DNA of 64,000 bases from Candidatus Latescibacterota bacterium (GCA_016187725.1 JACPJE010000043.1:26086-90085), one strand, 5' to 3'; positions 7,843 to 17,767 are shown, counted from the first letter of the stretch. Program-made: numbers and translations. The notes: generated from the letters alone by a model not told the origin.

Positions 7843-9657
7843 TCAAGGGCCCTTGGTGTCGAAGACCTGGAGTTTCTTCGCGTGCTGCTGGGAGACGTTG
7901 ATGAGAATGCCCGTGGCCTCGTCCACCTTGTACTCGGGGCCGCGGCCGTCCATCTTGACCTGGCGGTCTGCCTCCCCGGTGCGCAGGCTCACGCCCATCA
8001 CCTCGGGCTTGTTGGTCTCGCCGGTCTGGCAATAGTTGTACTGACCAAACTTCTCGAAACTCTGGAGGCGGGTGGATCGGAGATTGGCCGCCAGTTTGTT
8101 GTCCTTGACGATCTGCTTGTTCCAGTTCTCGGCTACAGACCGGTGACCGTAGGAGCCGGTCTCTGCATTATAGCTTGCAGCCGCCATCGCTACCAGGGCC
8201 TGTGACAGCCCCTTGGCCAGGCGCATGCCCAGGTCGAGTTTGGGAGGGGGGATAGAGTGCCACCAGAGAACGCTGCCATCCGCGGCACTGAAGGCGATGG
8301 TGCTCTGGGTGGTCAGGGCGAAGATCTTGTCCCCCTCCAGAGCCACCTGCACGGGCACGTCCTCGTCGAGGTTGACCAGGTCCTTCATGCCGGGGGTGTA
8401 GGGGTTGCCGCCCACGCGTATCTTGCTCTGCGATTCGTTGACATCCAGGGGCACCAAATACTTGTAGTCCAGGGTCCCCAAGTCGATGGCCCGCAGGCTG
8501 CCGCGCGTGGCAAAGTAGAGCGCGTTGTCGCGGACACGCAGGGGCGTGGTCAGGGAGATCTCGAACTTCTTGCCCTTTCTCCCGGCCTTCTCGTCCAGCG
8601 TCTTGGTATCGGTGAGCACCTGGCCAGTGGCCTTGTCGAGGATAACCACGCCGTAGGGGGTCAACTCCTTGAAGTTGGGCTTGCCGGCCTCGTAGTACGC
8701 GAAGTTCCCGCCCATGCGGGCCACCAGTTTGTCGCCGGCGATCTGCAGCTCGGGCAGGGCAGTCTTGAACTCCGGGCTCTGCCATTTGACCGCGCCGGTA
8801 TGGATATCCACGGCCACCACCCGGTCCCCGGCCACCATGTAGGCGATGCCGTTTTCGACCTGGGTCATGCCATTGGTGTTGCCCAGGGCCTTCTTCTTGC
8901 CCATCGTGCCGGCTTTGAGGGCGCGGTCCAGCTTGAGGCTGGCTACCGGAGTTCCGTCCGCAGCCTTGAAGGTGTGGAGGCCCGCCCAATCGAGCACCAC
9001 CAGGTCGTCCACGACCAAGGGCGGGGCCTCGGCATAACTGATCTCCTCGGGCAGGGCGTACAGGAAATTGATCTGGCCGGTCTCGATATCCACCCCGATG
9101 ATCGCGCCTTTTTCCAGGCTTTGTGGCCTGCCCTTGCCCTGTCCCACCATGGGGGGAATGGCCCTTACCAGCGCCGTGCCGACGATCACCTGACCGCGCG
9201 CCGGGTCCGCGCTGAGGCCGATGAAATCTCCAGGGGCGAACCACACCGGATCGCTGCCAGACATCTTCTTGAGGACGCGCTGGGCAGAGGCCAGCGGAAC
9301 ATCTGGGTTCAGCTCCCACACCACCTGGCCAGTAGTCACATCCAGACAGCGGATCTTGGCCGGCTTGATCAACCCTTCCTTGACCTGGTAGATCAGGAAG
9401 GGCAGGCCAGGCAGGGGTTTGACCGAGTCGATATCGTAGTTCTTCATCAGCTTCTCGATCTTCCACAACTCCGCGCCCGTTTCGGGGTCGAAGCCGTAGA
9501 TGGTCTGGCTGGTGCCGGCGATGATGATGCCCAGATCATGGACCAGATGGAAGCGGATCTCTGAATCCAATTCCTTTTCAAAGAGCAACTTGCCGGCCAT
9601 GGTCTGCGCCGGCAGGAACAGGGCAGCGGCCAGCAGCAGGGCTGTCTTCCTCGTCAT
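7843..9657 (-). CDS. Secreted PQQ-like/BamB-like beta-propeller repeat protein
   Basis: 604 aa. Signal peptide MTRKTALLLAAALFLPAQTMA. Recurrent propeller strands (TGAELWKI, TGQVVWEL, TGAVKWQS, DGSVLWWH). Confidence 0.75.
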   Translation of the reverse strand: MTRKTALLLAAALFLPAQTMAGKLLFEKELDSEIRFHLVHDLGIIIAGTSQTIYGFDPETGAELWKIEKLMKNYDIDSVKPLPGLPFLIYQVKEGLIKPAKIRCLDVTTGQVVWELNPDVPLASAQRVLKKMSGSDPVWFAPGDFIGLSADPARGQVIVGTALVRAIPPMVGQGKGRPQSLEKGAIIGVDIETGQINFLYALPEEISYAEAPPLVVDDLVVLDWAGLHTFKAADGTPVASLKLDRALKAGTMGKKKALGNTNGMTQVENGIAYMVAGDRVVAVDIHTGAVKWQSPEFKTALPELQIAGDKLVARMGGNFAYYEAGKPNFKELTPYGVVILDKATGQVLTDTKTLDEKAGRKGKKFEISLTTPLRVRDNALYFATRGSLRAIDLGTLDYKYLVPLDVNESQSKIRVGGNPYTPGMKDLVNLDEDVPVQVALEGDKIFALTTQSTIAFSAADGSVLWWHSIPPPKLDLGMRLAKGLSQALVAMAAASYNAETGSYGHRSVAENWNKQIVKDNKLAANLRSTRLQSFEKFGQYNYCQTGETNKPEVMGVSLRTGEADRQVKMDGRGPEYKVDEATGILINVSQQHAKKLQVFDTKGP

Positions 9658-9714
9658 AGGATGCTCTCCTGTGCAAAGAGGTGGATGGAGAAGGGTTCGC
9701 TCATTAAAAAAGGG

Positions 9715-10005
9715 TTAGTGAAAGACTACCGTCGCTCCGCAGTTCTCCAGAAGTTTTTGCATGACCAGGCGGGAGGTGTGGAAGGAGATGTCCAGGCCCG
9801 CGGGAAAGCGCTGCTGGGCTTTTTCCAGGGCCAGTTGATCGACGGAGAGCAGGCCGTCGGCCCACAGTTGCACCTCCCGCACTCCCTGTTGCTGGTACTC
9901 TGCCAGGGACTGTTCCAGCACCTGGAGGGTGGAGGCCGTGAGGGAACCTTCCACCTTGACCACCACGGCCTGACTCCTGCGCTCCAACTCTGTAAGCCGG
10001 ATCAT
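9715..10005 (-). CDS. Small STAS-like (anti-sigma-antagonist fold) protein
   Basis: 96 aa. VVVKVEGSLTASTLQVLEQSL..VREVQLWADGLLSVDQLAL resembles a STAS domain. Weak call made by eye. Confidence 0.45.
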   Translation of the reverse strand: MIRLTELERRSQAVVVKVEGSLTASTLQVLEQSLAEYQQQGVREVQLWADGLLSVDQLALEKAQQRFPAGLDISFHTSRLVMQKLLENCGATVVFH

Positions 10006-10083
10006 ACTCCCTGCTTCCCTTTTTCCTCCCGCGCTACCCTTTTTTTGCCTGGCTCAGCGCCGCGAAACCACAGGCGACCTTAG

Positions 10084-10099
10084 TGCACAAGTTGTGCCA
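10084..10099 (-). promoter_or_regulatory. Candidate sigma-54 (-24/-12) promoter
   Basis: Minus strand reads CTGGCACAACTTGTGCAC: TGGCAC, 5 nt, GTGCA versus consensus TGGCAC-N5-TTGCW. It lies about 80 nt upstream of ATG 10005 and directly downstream of a sigma-54 activator gene. Confidence 0.45.
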
Positions 10100-10268
10100 G
10101 TAAGGCAAGGGCGCTCACGGCCTGGTGGCCAAAGGCTTAAGGAATAAATAGTTAGCGGATCGTTAGGCGAGGGGGACTGAGGGGGACTAGAGAAGGACCT
10201 GTGGAAAGGAAAATCGTCGCGCTTGCACGACTATCTAAGGCAAGTGCGGTGAAAATAGGATATTGTGA

Positions 10269-10293
10269 TTTTCCGTCTCGAAGTGACGGAAAA
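10269..10293. other. Perfect 9-bp-stem hairpin just after the activator stop codon (terminator or protein-binding palindrome)
   Basis: TTTTCCGTC-tcgaagt-GACGGAAAA. There is no clean T-run after it on the minus strand. Confidence 0.3.
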
Positions 10294-10303
10294 CCGTCAG
10301 GGA

Positions 10304-13300
10304 CTAGAGGCGAGGGCGCTGCAGGCCGAGTTTGCGCATCAGCCGTCGCAGGCGTTCGGGGTGGATGCCCAGCAGCTGGGCGGCCCCGCGCGGACCATAA
10401 ACGATCCAGTTGCAGGCCTCCAGGGCCTGCTGGATAAGCCGGCGCTCCTCCTCCTGGGTCCGACTCTGGCTGCGGGCCAGATGGTCGTCCAGGGCACAGA
10501 GATCCTGGGGTTCTCTGGTGAGGGGCCGGGCCGGGGTGGCCGGGGAAAGAGCCGCTCCCCACAAGGGCACATCCGCCAGTCGGATGTGGTTGTCCTCACA
10601 CAGCAAGACAGCCCGCTGCACCAGGTGCTCCAGTTCGCGCACATTGCCCGGCCAGGCATAATTCTCTAGATATCGCAGCACCTGGGCTTCGATGCGGGGC
10701 ACCGGGCGGTTCAGGTGGCGGGCAAAACGCTCGGCGAAGTGATGTACCAGCAGGCCGATATCCTCCTGGCGCTGGCGGAGGGGAGGCAGGGGCAACACAA
10801 AAGCGCTCAGTCGGAAAAAGAGATCCTCCCTGAACCTCCCCTGCGCCATGGCGCTGCGCAGATCCCGGTTGGTGGCGGCGATCACCCGCACGTCCACCTC
10901 GATGACCTGGTGCCCCCCCACCCGCTGGAGGGTGCCCTCCTGCAGCACCTGCAGGAGCACCTGCTGGGCCTCCAGGGGCAGGTCCCCCACCTCGTCCAGC
11001 AAGAGGGTGCCCCGGTCGGCCAGTTCAAAGCGGCCGACGCGGCGGGCCACCGCCCCGGTAAAGGCGCCCTTTTCGTGGCCGAACAACTCGGATTCGACCA
11101 GGCCCTCGGGGATAGCCCCGCAGTTGACCTGGATGAAGGGGCCGCCCTGCCGCCGGCTCAACTGGTGAATGGCCCGGGCCCCCAGGCCCTTTCCCGTGCC
11201 GGTTTCGCCCAGGATCAGCACGGTCATCTCGGTCTGGGCCACGGCGCGCAACTGCTCTATGGCATTGCGCAGGGTCCTGCTATTGCCGATGAACTGCTCC
11301 AGGCCCTGGGGCTGGCTCAATTCGCTGGCCAGGGCCTGGATGCGGTCCTGCTGCGGGTTGGGCTCCACCACCAACTGCACCGAGAGGGCTTCGGAATAGT
11401 TGAGGTCGCGGTCCACGGCCCGCACCTGGAAGGTATAGGTGCCTACCGGCAGATCGTTGTATTCCACCCGCCGCTGGTAGGTGGTACGCCAGTCCTCTTC
11501 GTACCCCACTAGCCGGTACACATAGGCCATCCGGCGGGGTGCGGTGGTGAAGCTGGAACCTTGGAACTCGAAGCCGACCAGTTTCTGGGAGACGGAGATG
11601 GCGGTGGGCCCCTCTGGGCCGTAGCGCCGGTCCGCCACCACGCCCCGCAGCTTGACCATCGGCGGCGAAGCCACCGGGATATAGCGGGTGACCCCGCCCT
11701 CCGTGGCGATCCACATATGGCCGTCCCGGTCCTGGAGGACCTTCTGGACCGCGTCGTGGACCAGGCCGTCTTTTCTGGACAGGCTCTGGAACACCTGGCC
11801 GTCGAAGCGGGAAACCCCGCCGCCATAGGTGCCGAACCACAGGTGGCCGTCGCGGCTCTGGAAGATGGAGCGCACATTGTTGTCGGCCAGGCCGTCCTGC
11901 TTGGTGAAGGTGGTGAACTGCTCTCCGTCAAAGCGGGAAACCCCGCCGCCCCAGGTGCCAAACCACAGATTTCCCTCCCGATCTTCGAGGGTACACCACA
12001 CATTGTCGTGGGCCAGGCCATGCTCAGTGGTATAGGTCCTGAAGTGCTCCCCGTCAAAGCGACTCACCCCTGACCAGGTGCCGAACCACAGGTTCCTCTG
12101 CCGGTCCTGGCAGACGCACCACACCCGGTCGTGGGCCAGACCGTCCTGCGCCCTAAAGCTCCTGAAGTGCTCCCCGTCAAAACAGCTCACTCCCCCGTCC
12201 CGGGTGGTGAACCACAAGTTCCCTTCCCGGTCCTGGCAGATGCACCACACATTGTCGTGGGCCAGGCCATGCTCAGTGGTATAGGTCCTGAAGTGCTCCC
12301 CGTCAAAACAGCTCACCCCGGCCTCGTTGGTCCCGAACCACAGCCGGCCCTGGCGGTCTTCGCAGACGGTCCACAAAAAATCAGCAGCCAGCCCCTCGCG
12401 GGTGGTGTAGTTCTTGAATCGCCGACCGTCGAAGCAACTGGCTCCCCCATCTCGGGTGGCGAACCACAGATTCCCCTGCCGGTCCTGGCAGATGTCCTCC
12501 ACCTCCTCCCCAGCCAGGCCCTCCTCCCTGGTGAAGGAGGTCAGGTGTCCCCCGTCGTAGCGATTGAGCCCGCCACCCCAGGTGCCGAACCACAGATTCC
12601 CCTGCCGGTCCTCGCAGGTGCCCCATGCCCGGTTGTGGCCCAGGCCATCCCTGGGGGTGAAGATGCTGAACTGCTGGCCGTCATAGCGCCAGATTCCGCC
12701 GCCCTGGGTGGCGAACCACAGATTCCCCTGCCGGTCCTCCAGGACCCCGTTTATGCCCCCGCGCACTCCCCGGCTCTCAGCGGCGAGAGCGGTGAACTGC
12801 TGGCCGTCGTAAAAGCCCAGGCCCTGGGCAGTCGCTAACCACACCTTGCCGCCCCGGTCGACCAGCACCAGGGTGGCATGATCGGCGGGCAGGCCCTCGG
12901 CAGCAGTGAAGGTTTTGAATTGCCGGCCGTCATAGCGGCTGAGGCCGGCCCCGGTGCTGAACCATAGATTTCCTGAGCGGTCCTCCACCATGGAGCTGAT
13001 CACCGAATGGGGCAGGCCCTCGGCAGGGGGCTTGAAATCCCTGCCCTCACAGCAGATCACTCCCTCCCTCTGGGTGGCGAACCACAGGTTCCCCTTGGTG
13101 TCTGCCAGCATGGAGTGAACAGCTAAACCCTCCAGTTCGCAGCCGGCAGCAGTGAAGCGGGTGAACTGCCTGCCATCGAAGCAGCACACCTGACCATCCT
13201 GGGTCCTGCACCACAGGTGGCCCTGGCGGTCCTCCAGCATGGAGACCACGGCACTGTCCGCCAGACCATCTTCGACCGTGAAAACTTCGAACCCCTGCCC

Positions 13301-13891
13301 ATCGTACCGGCACAGCCCCTTCTGGGTGGCGAACCACAGGCTGCCCTGCCGGTCCTCCAGGATAAAGGTCACCTCATTGTCCGCCAGGCCGTCTTCGGCG
13401 GTGAAGGTCCTGAACTGCTGGCCGTCGTAGCAACACCCCCCTTCGTCGTGGGTGCGCAACCACAGCCGGCCCTGCTGGTCCTGGAGGATCTGGACGATGA
13501 GGGAGGAGGGCAGGCCGTCCTGGACCGTGAAGCAGTGCCACCCCCCCTGGTGAAAGCCGCTGCCGGCCTCGACCACCTTGCCCGTTGCCGGGGCGGAATA
13601 AACTCCCAAGCGCCAGCGACTGGACCATCCGGCCATGGCCCCCTTCCAGGACGGGTCGGCGTTGAGCTGTTTCTGGTGTTGCTTTACCTGTGAGGGGGAT
13701 TCGAGGGCGAAGAGCTGGCTGAAGATATGCGGGGGTTGAGCGCGGGGGCAGGGCGTCGGATCGGCCAGGCCCTGCTGGGTCAGCAGGGGGACCAGGCGCC
13801 GGCTGAAGTAGGCGGGAAACTCGTCCAGGCGCTCCGGCGCTAGCCAGAAGGAGAGGCGGGTCAGGGTGGTCATGGGCAGCAAGGTAGGCAT
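10304..13891 (-). CDS. Sigma-54-dependent transcriptional activator with N-terminal Reg_prop beta-propeller repeats and a Y_Y_Y domain
   Basis: 1195 aa.
- 15 tandem ~41-aa repeats (DGL..N.V..I..D..G.LWF.T..G...FDG).
- Y_Y_Y-like segment ([26 protein letters not shown]).
- AAA+ domain with [14 protein letters not shown] (about 11050-11067) and LLLDEVGD.
- C-terminal Fis-type HTH.
- No hydrophobic TM or signal segment seen. Confidence 0.9.
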   Translation of the reverse strand: MPTLLPMTTLTRLSFWLAPERLDEFPAYFSRRLVPLLTQQGLADPTPCPRAQPPHIFSQLFALESPSQVKQHQKQLNADPSWKGAMAGWSSRWRLGVYSAPATGKVVEAGSGFHQGGWHCFTVQDGLPSSLIVQILQDQQGRLWLRTHDEGGCCYDGQQFRTFTAEDGLADNEVTFILEDRQGSLWFATQKGLCRYDGQGFEVFTVEDGLADSAVVSMLEDRQGHLWCRTQDGQVCCFDGRQFTRFTAAGCELEGLAVHSMLADTKGNLWFATQREGVICCEGRDFKPPAEGLPHSVISSMVEDRSGNLWFSTGAGLSRYDGRQFKTFTAAEGLPADHATLVLVDRGGKVWLATAQGLGFYDGQQFTALAAESRGVRGGINGVLEDRQGNLWFATQGGGIWRYDGQQFSIFTPRDGLGHNRAWGTCEDRQGNLWFGTWGGGLNRYDGGHLTSFTREEGLAGEEVEDICQDRQGNLWFATRDGGASCFDGRRFKNYTTREGLAADFLWTVCEDRQGRLWFGTNEAGVSCFDGEHFRTYTTEHGLAHDNVWCICQDREGNLWFTTRDGGVSCFDGEHFRSFRAQDGLAHDRVWCVCQDRQRNLWFGTWSGVSRFDGEHFRTYTTEHGLAHDNVWCTLEDREGNLWFGTWGGGVSRFDGEQFTTFTKQDGLADNNVRSIFQSRDGHLWFGTYGGGVSRFDGQVFQSLSRKDGLVHDAVQKVLQDRDGHMWIATEGGVTRYIPVASPPMVKLRGVVADRRYGPEGPTAISVSQKLVGFEFQGSSFTTAPRRMAYVYRLVGYEEDWRTTYQRRVEYNDLPVGTYTFQVRAVDRDLNYSEALSVQLVVEPNPQQDRIQALASELSQPQGLEQFIGNSRTLRNAIEQLRAVAQTEMTVLILGETGTGKGLGARAIHQLSRRQGGPFIQVNCGAIPEGLVESELFGHEKGAFTGAVARRVGRFELADRGTLLLDEVGDLPLEAQQVLLQVLQEGTLQRVGGHQVIEVDVRVIAATNRDLRSAMAQGRFREDLFFRLSAFVLPLPPLRQRQEDIGLLVHHFAERFARHLNRPVPRIEAQVLRYLENYAWPGNVRELEHLVQRAVLLCEDNHIRLADVPLWGAALSPATPARPLTREPQDLCALDDHLARSQSRTQEEERRLIQQALEACNWIVYGPRGAAQLLGIHPERLRRLMRKLGLQRPRL
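11994..12058. repeat. 65-bp perfect direct repeat, copy 1 (inside the propeller coding region)
   Basis: caccacacattgtcgtgggccaggccatgctcagtggtataggtcctgaagtgctccccgtcaaa, identical to 12243-12307. Confidence 0.85.
12243..12307. repeat. 65-bp perfect direct repeat, copy 2
   Basis: Identical to 11994-12058, offset 249 bp (two propeller repeats). Both encode [22 protein letters not shown]. Confidence 0.85.
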
Positions 13892-13930
13892 GGCCCCGGC
13901 GGGCTGTCAAGAATCGGGAGTCAGTGCAGC

Positions 13931-14953
13931 TCAGACAAAAAGCGGCCCTGCCAGGTCCGTGCCTTCGGTCTCCAGGCCGAACTCCCGCAGGACGATCCGG
14001 CGGACCTGCCGCACTTCCTCCACACCTTGGGGGACCAGGGTGCCCAGCAGCAGGCGGGGGATGTGGTTGCGCAGCCACTGATCGACGAATTCGCCGGGCA
14101 CCCCCAGCCGCTTGCAGGGCCACACCATCTTGTCGGCCACCAGCTGGCAGCGCTCCAGCTTGCCAAAGGCGGAGATGGGCTGCTCGTCGAAGGTGCTGCG
14201 GTTGACCGAGACCAGGCAGGCCCCGCCCAGCAGGGCCTCGACGGTGAGCACGGCCTCGACACCGTGGCGGTAGTAGGCGCTCTCGCTCACCCCGCACAGC
14301 TGGGGCTCCTGCAGAAAGGCGGCGCGGGCGGCGCCCCGGCTGAAGAGTTTGTACCCGGAGTGGAAGTCGGGGAATTCCTCCAGGGCGGTGGCGTACTCCA
14401 GGCGCAGGGGCACACCCGTGCGGGCGGCGTGAAAGGCCAGGGCATCGAGGAGTACCCGGTCGGCCAGTTCCTCGAATTCCCCCCGCGGGAAGCCCATGGG
14501 CCGGTGGAGGGAGAGGCGTTTGCCCAGGACCATCACCTCGCCGGCGCGGGGGCGGGCATGGCGGGCAGCGCGCACCAGGTTGGGCAGTTCGTTGGCAAAG
14601 TGGTCGCCGTCAGCGTCCACCGTGGCGAAGTACTCCAGTTCCGGCTCTTCCCACAGGAGGGCGACGCCCTGGCGCAGGGCCTGGAGCTTGCCTCTGTTGC
14701 GGGGGGCGCAGCACACCTGCACCCCGTGCCGGCGGGCCAGATCCTCGGCCATTTCTTTGCCGCTCTGCTCCCCATCCACGCTCAGGCAGATGGAGGAGGG
14801 GCGCTCTACTTGTAGGAGCAGGGCCTGGACCGTGTCGGTCAGCAGGGCAGCGCCCAGGGCGGCATCGGCGCCGGCAGGGAGGTACACGGGGAGGACCACC
14901 CCAGTGTGTTGGCGCAAATCAGCCAGGGCGCCCATCAGGGAGGAGTCGGTCAT
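13931..14953 (-). CDS. GT-A fold (family 2-like) glycosyltransferase
   Basis: NRGKLQALRQG and the DADGDH (DxD) motif. ATG 14953 overlaps the upstream stop as ATGA. The track start at 15004 is judged an extension. Confidence 0.65.
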   Translation of the reverse strand: MTDSSLMGALADLRQHTGVVLPVYLPAGADAALGAALLTDTVQALLLQVERPSSICLSVDGEQSGKEMAEDLARRHGVQVCCAPRNRGKLQALRQGVALLWEEPELEYFATVDADGDHFANELPNLVRAARHARPRAGEVMVLGKRLSLHRPMGFPRGEFEELADRVLLDALAFHAARTGVPLRLEYATALEEFPDFHSGYKLFSRGAARAAFLQEPQLCGVSESAYYRHGVEAVLTVEALLGGACLVSVNRSTFDEQPISAFGKLERCQLVADKMVWPCKRLGVPGEFVDQWLRNHIPRLLLGTLVPQGVEEVRQVRRIVLREFGLETEGTDLAGPLFV

Positions 14954-16545
14954 GGCTTGGCCGGCACGTCTCCCTGGGTCCAGGCCCCGTCGATGAGGCG
15001 CCACAACTGGCCGGTGGGGTTTTTATCGCGCAGCTCGGGGGGCAGGCGGTCGGGGCGCACGTTGTCGAAGGACTGGAGCATAGCGAAGCGCCGCAGCGAG
15101 GCCGGGATACCCACGGCGGTGAAGCCCGGATGGCCGGTGGCCGGATAAGGACCGCCGTGGTTCATGGCTGGCGAGACGGCCACCCCGGTGGGCATCTTGT
15201 CGTCGAGTAGGCGGCCCACCTTGCGGCGCAGGATGGGGGCCAGGCGCTGGTACAGGGCCTCGTCGCTGCCGGCCCGATCGGTGTACAGGGCGCCGGTCAG
15301 GTTGCCCTCGAAGGTGCGGCAGATGGCTTCGGCCTGGTCGTCGTCGTCGGCCACCACCAGCAGGCTGGCATTGCCGAAGGCCTCCTGCTGGAGCGCTTCG
15401 GGGGCGGCCAGGAAACGCCCGCCGTCCACCCGCAGCAGGGTGTTCTGGAAGGAGCAGCCGGTGCCGCCGCCGGCCGCGCCGCCCACCAGCACTTCGGCCC
15501 CGGCCTGCTGCAGGGCCGTCACACTCTGCCCCAGGCTGTGCTCCACCCCCTCGCCCAGCAGGGTGCCCACGGCAGCGGCGCGGAACTTTTCCACGATCAT
15601 ACCGACGAAGGCTTCGGTCTCGGCGCCTTTGAGCAGGAGCACCACGCCCGGGTTGGTGCAGAACTGTCCGGCCCCCAGCAGGCAGGAGGTGGTGAATTCC
15701 CCGGCGATCTCGGCGGCCCGCTCGCGCAGGGCCCCCGGCAGGATGAGCACCGGGTTGATGCTGCTCAGTTCCAGGTAGATGGGTTTGCCCGCCCGGTCCG
15801 CGGCCTCCTTGAGCACCAGGCCGGCCTGGCGCGAGCCCGTGTACCCGGTGGCGCCGACCAGCGGGTGGGAGACCAGGCCCTGGCCCACCTGGTGGTCGGT
15901 GCGGTAGATCAGCTGCACGGTGGCCTCCGGCAGCCCCGCCTCTTTGACTGCGGCCAGGGCCTCTTCGGCCAGCAGGCGGGTGGTGCCCGGATGGGAGGAA
16001 TTGGCCTTGGCGATCACTGGGTTGCCGGCAGCGATGGCCGCGGCGAAATCCCCGCCGGCCGCGCTGTTGAAGGCCAGGGGGAAATTGTTCGGCCCAAAGA
16101 CCACCACGCCCCCTTCGAGCGGGGCGAAGAAGGAGCGGATGCCGGCCTTGGTGTCGATGGTGGGCAAGGTCCAGGATCCCTGGCGGGCCGCCAGGGCGGC
16201 CTGGCGCAACTGGCCGGTGGTGCGGGGCAGTTCCACCTCGTCGAGGCGGGGCTTGACCGGCAGGGCGCTCTCGGCGTAGGCCAGGGTCGTGATCTGGGCC
16301 CGGCGGGCCTCGATGCGGCCGGCGAAGAGTTCGAGGAAGCGGGCCCGGGTCTGGGGGGCGATGTCCAGCAGGGCTTCGGAGGCCCGGGCGGCAGCCTCGA
16401 TCGCCTCTTCCACTTCTTCGCGGCTGCTGACGGGGTAAAGCTCTCCGGTAGGCTGGCGGGTGGCGGGATTGAGGGGGGCGAAGGTGCCCGCGTTCTCGGA
16501 GGGGCGCCACTGGCCGGCGACCAGCACCGGTTGGAGTTGAGTCAT
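14950..16545 (-). CDS. NADP-dependent aldehyde dehydrogenase (alpha-ketoglutaric semialdehyde dehydrogenase-like)
   Basis: 531 aa. FGPNNFPLAF, YLELSSINPV and GAGQFCTNPG (catalytic Cys) motifs. Confidence 0.85.
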   Translation of the reverse strand: MTQLQPVLVAGQWRPSENAGTFAPLNPATRQPTGELYPVSSREEVEEAIEAAARASEALLDIAPQTRARFLELFAGRIEARRAQITTLAYAESALPVKPRLDEVELPRTTGQLRQAALAARQGSWTLPTIDTKAGIRSFFAPLEGGVVVFGPNNFPLAFNSAAGGDFAAAIAAGNPVIAKANSSHPGTTRLLAEEALAAVKEAGLPEATVQLIYRTDHQVGQGLVSHPLVGATGYTGSRQAGLVLKEAADRAGKPIYLELSSINPVLILPGALRERAAEIAGEFTTSCLLGAGQFCTNPGVVLLLKGAETEAFVGMIVEKFRAAAVGTLLGEGVEHSLGQSVTALQQAGAEVLVGGAAGGGTGCSFQNTLLRVDGGRFLAAPEALQQEAFGNASLLVVADDDDQAEAICRTFEGNLTGALYTDRAGSDEALYQRLAPILRRKVGRLLDDKMPTGVAVSPAMNHGGPYPATGHPGFTAVGIPASLRRFAMLQSFDNVRPDRLPPELRDKNPTGQLWRLIDGAWTQGDVPAKP

Positions 16546-16624
16546 AGTACTCTTTCTTTTTTATTGTCCGTGTTCGACGGGAGGGTTACTATGAGGCAGA
16601 GAATATTACGTCGGAGCACGGGAC

Positions 16625-17323
16625 ATGTCCAGTGAGTCCATAGAAATGGCCAAGAACCGGGGCTACAAGTTGCTAGAAGAATCAGAGGCCGCCCTCGCAG
16701 CGGGCCAGATCGACGAGGCCGGCTGGTACCAGCGGGGCATGGCAGTCATCACCCCGGCGTACCTGGCCGGCGACAACCCGCGCAGCCAGTCGGGCCACAG
16801 CGGCGACGAGGCCCACTGGCGCCAGGCCCGCTCCCTGGTCGCCGAGGCCATGGACCGGGACGGCGCTTTTCTGGACGTGGGCTGCGCCAGCGGGCACCTG
16901 ATGGAATGTGTCCAGTTATGGGCCGGGGAGCGAGGGGTGCGGATCGAGCCGTACGGGTTGGACATCGCCCCGGAACTGGCTGCCCTGGCCCGCTCCCGGC
17001 TGCCCCAGTGGGCCGAACGCATCTGGGTGGGCAATGCCATCGCCTGGGTCCCGCCCCGGCGCTTCGACTTTGTGCGCACCGGCCTGGAGTACGTGCCCCG
17101 CCGCCGCCAGCCCAATCTGGTGCGCCGGTTACTGGATGAGATGGTGGCCCCTGGTGGGCGGCTGATCATCGGTTCCGGCAGCGAGGAAAAGGACCAGACC
17201 CGGCACGGGCCCTCGCAGGAGGAGGAGGTCGCCTCCTGGGGCTTTGGCATCGCCGGCAGCCTCCGCCGGCCCCACCACCACGACGCGCGGCTGGAGTACC
17301 GGGTGTTGTGGATCGAGGTATGA
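16625..17323 (+). CDS. Class I SAM-dependent methyltransferase
   Basis: AFLDVGCASGHL (motif I) and GGRLIIGS, 232 aa. Confidence 0.75.
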   Translation: MSSESIEMAKNRGYKLLEESEAALAAGQIDEAGWYQRGMAVITPAYLAGDNPRSQSGHSGDEAHWRQARSLVAEAMDRDGAFLDVGCASGHLMECVQLWAGERGVRIEPYGLDIAPELAALARSRLPQWAERIWVGNAIAWVPPRRFDFVRTGLEYVPRRRQPNLVRRLLDEMVAPGGRLIIGSGSEEKDQTRHGPSQEEEVASWGFGIAGSLRRPHHHDARLEYRVLWIEV

Positions 17324-17326
17324 GCG

Positions 17327-17755
17327 GTGGAGGTGGTCAACGGCCGGCCCCGGCTGGCCATCCAGGATGGCGAAAACATCGATGAAAAACGGGTCGGCCA
17401 GAACCTGGTGGGGGTCACCGAGGCGCGCTCAGTGGCCGGCTGCAACGGCGACTCAGACGGCCACGGGGAGGAGGATTGCTACAAGGCGGGAGGGATACAC
17501 GCCAACGGCAAATACTGGCAGGCCGAGAAGATCTACTTCGGCCAGAACCCCGGACCGCGCTACCAGGGCGACTGGCACCACGTGCGCGCCCGCTTCAAGC
17601 TGAACCTCGACGAGCGCCGGGTGGTCTTCCGCACTGGCCAACATCCGAATATGAAGATCGACCAGCTCCTGGTGGGCCCCTATTTCGGGCCGGGGGTGCC
17701 GCACGAGCAGTGGATCTGGATAGACGAACTGCGCATCTACACCGACGCGCAGTGA
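17327..17755 (+). CDS. Hypothetical protein
   Basis: 142-aa ORF. GTG start lies 3 nt after the upstream stop and codon bias is consistent with neighbours. No family recognised. Confidence 0.45.
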   Translation: MEVVNGRPRLAIQDGENIDEKRVGQNLVGVTEARSVAGCNGDSDGHGEEDCYKAGGIHANGKYWQAEKIYFGQNPGPRYQGDWHHVRARFKLNLDERRVVFRTGQHPNMKIDQLLVGPYFGPGVPHEQWIWIDELRIYTDAQ

Positions 17756-17767
17756 GGAGGAGGAGCG

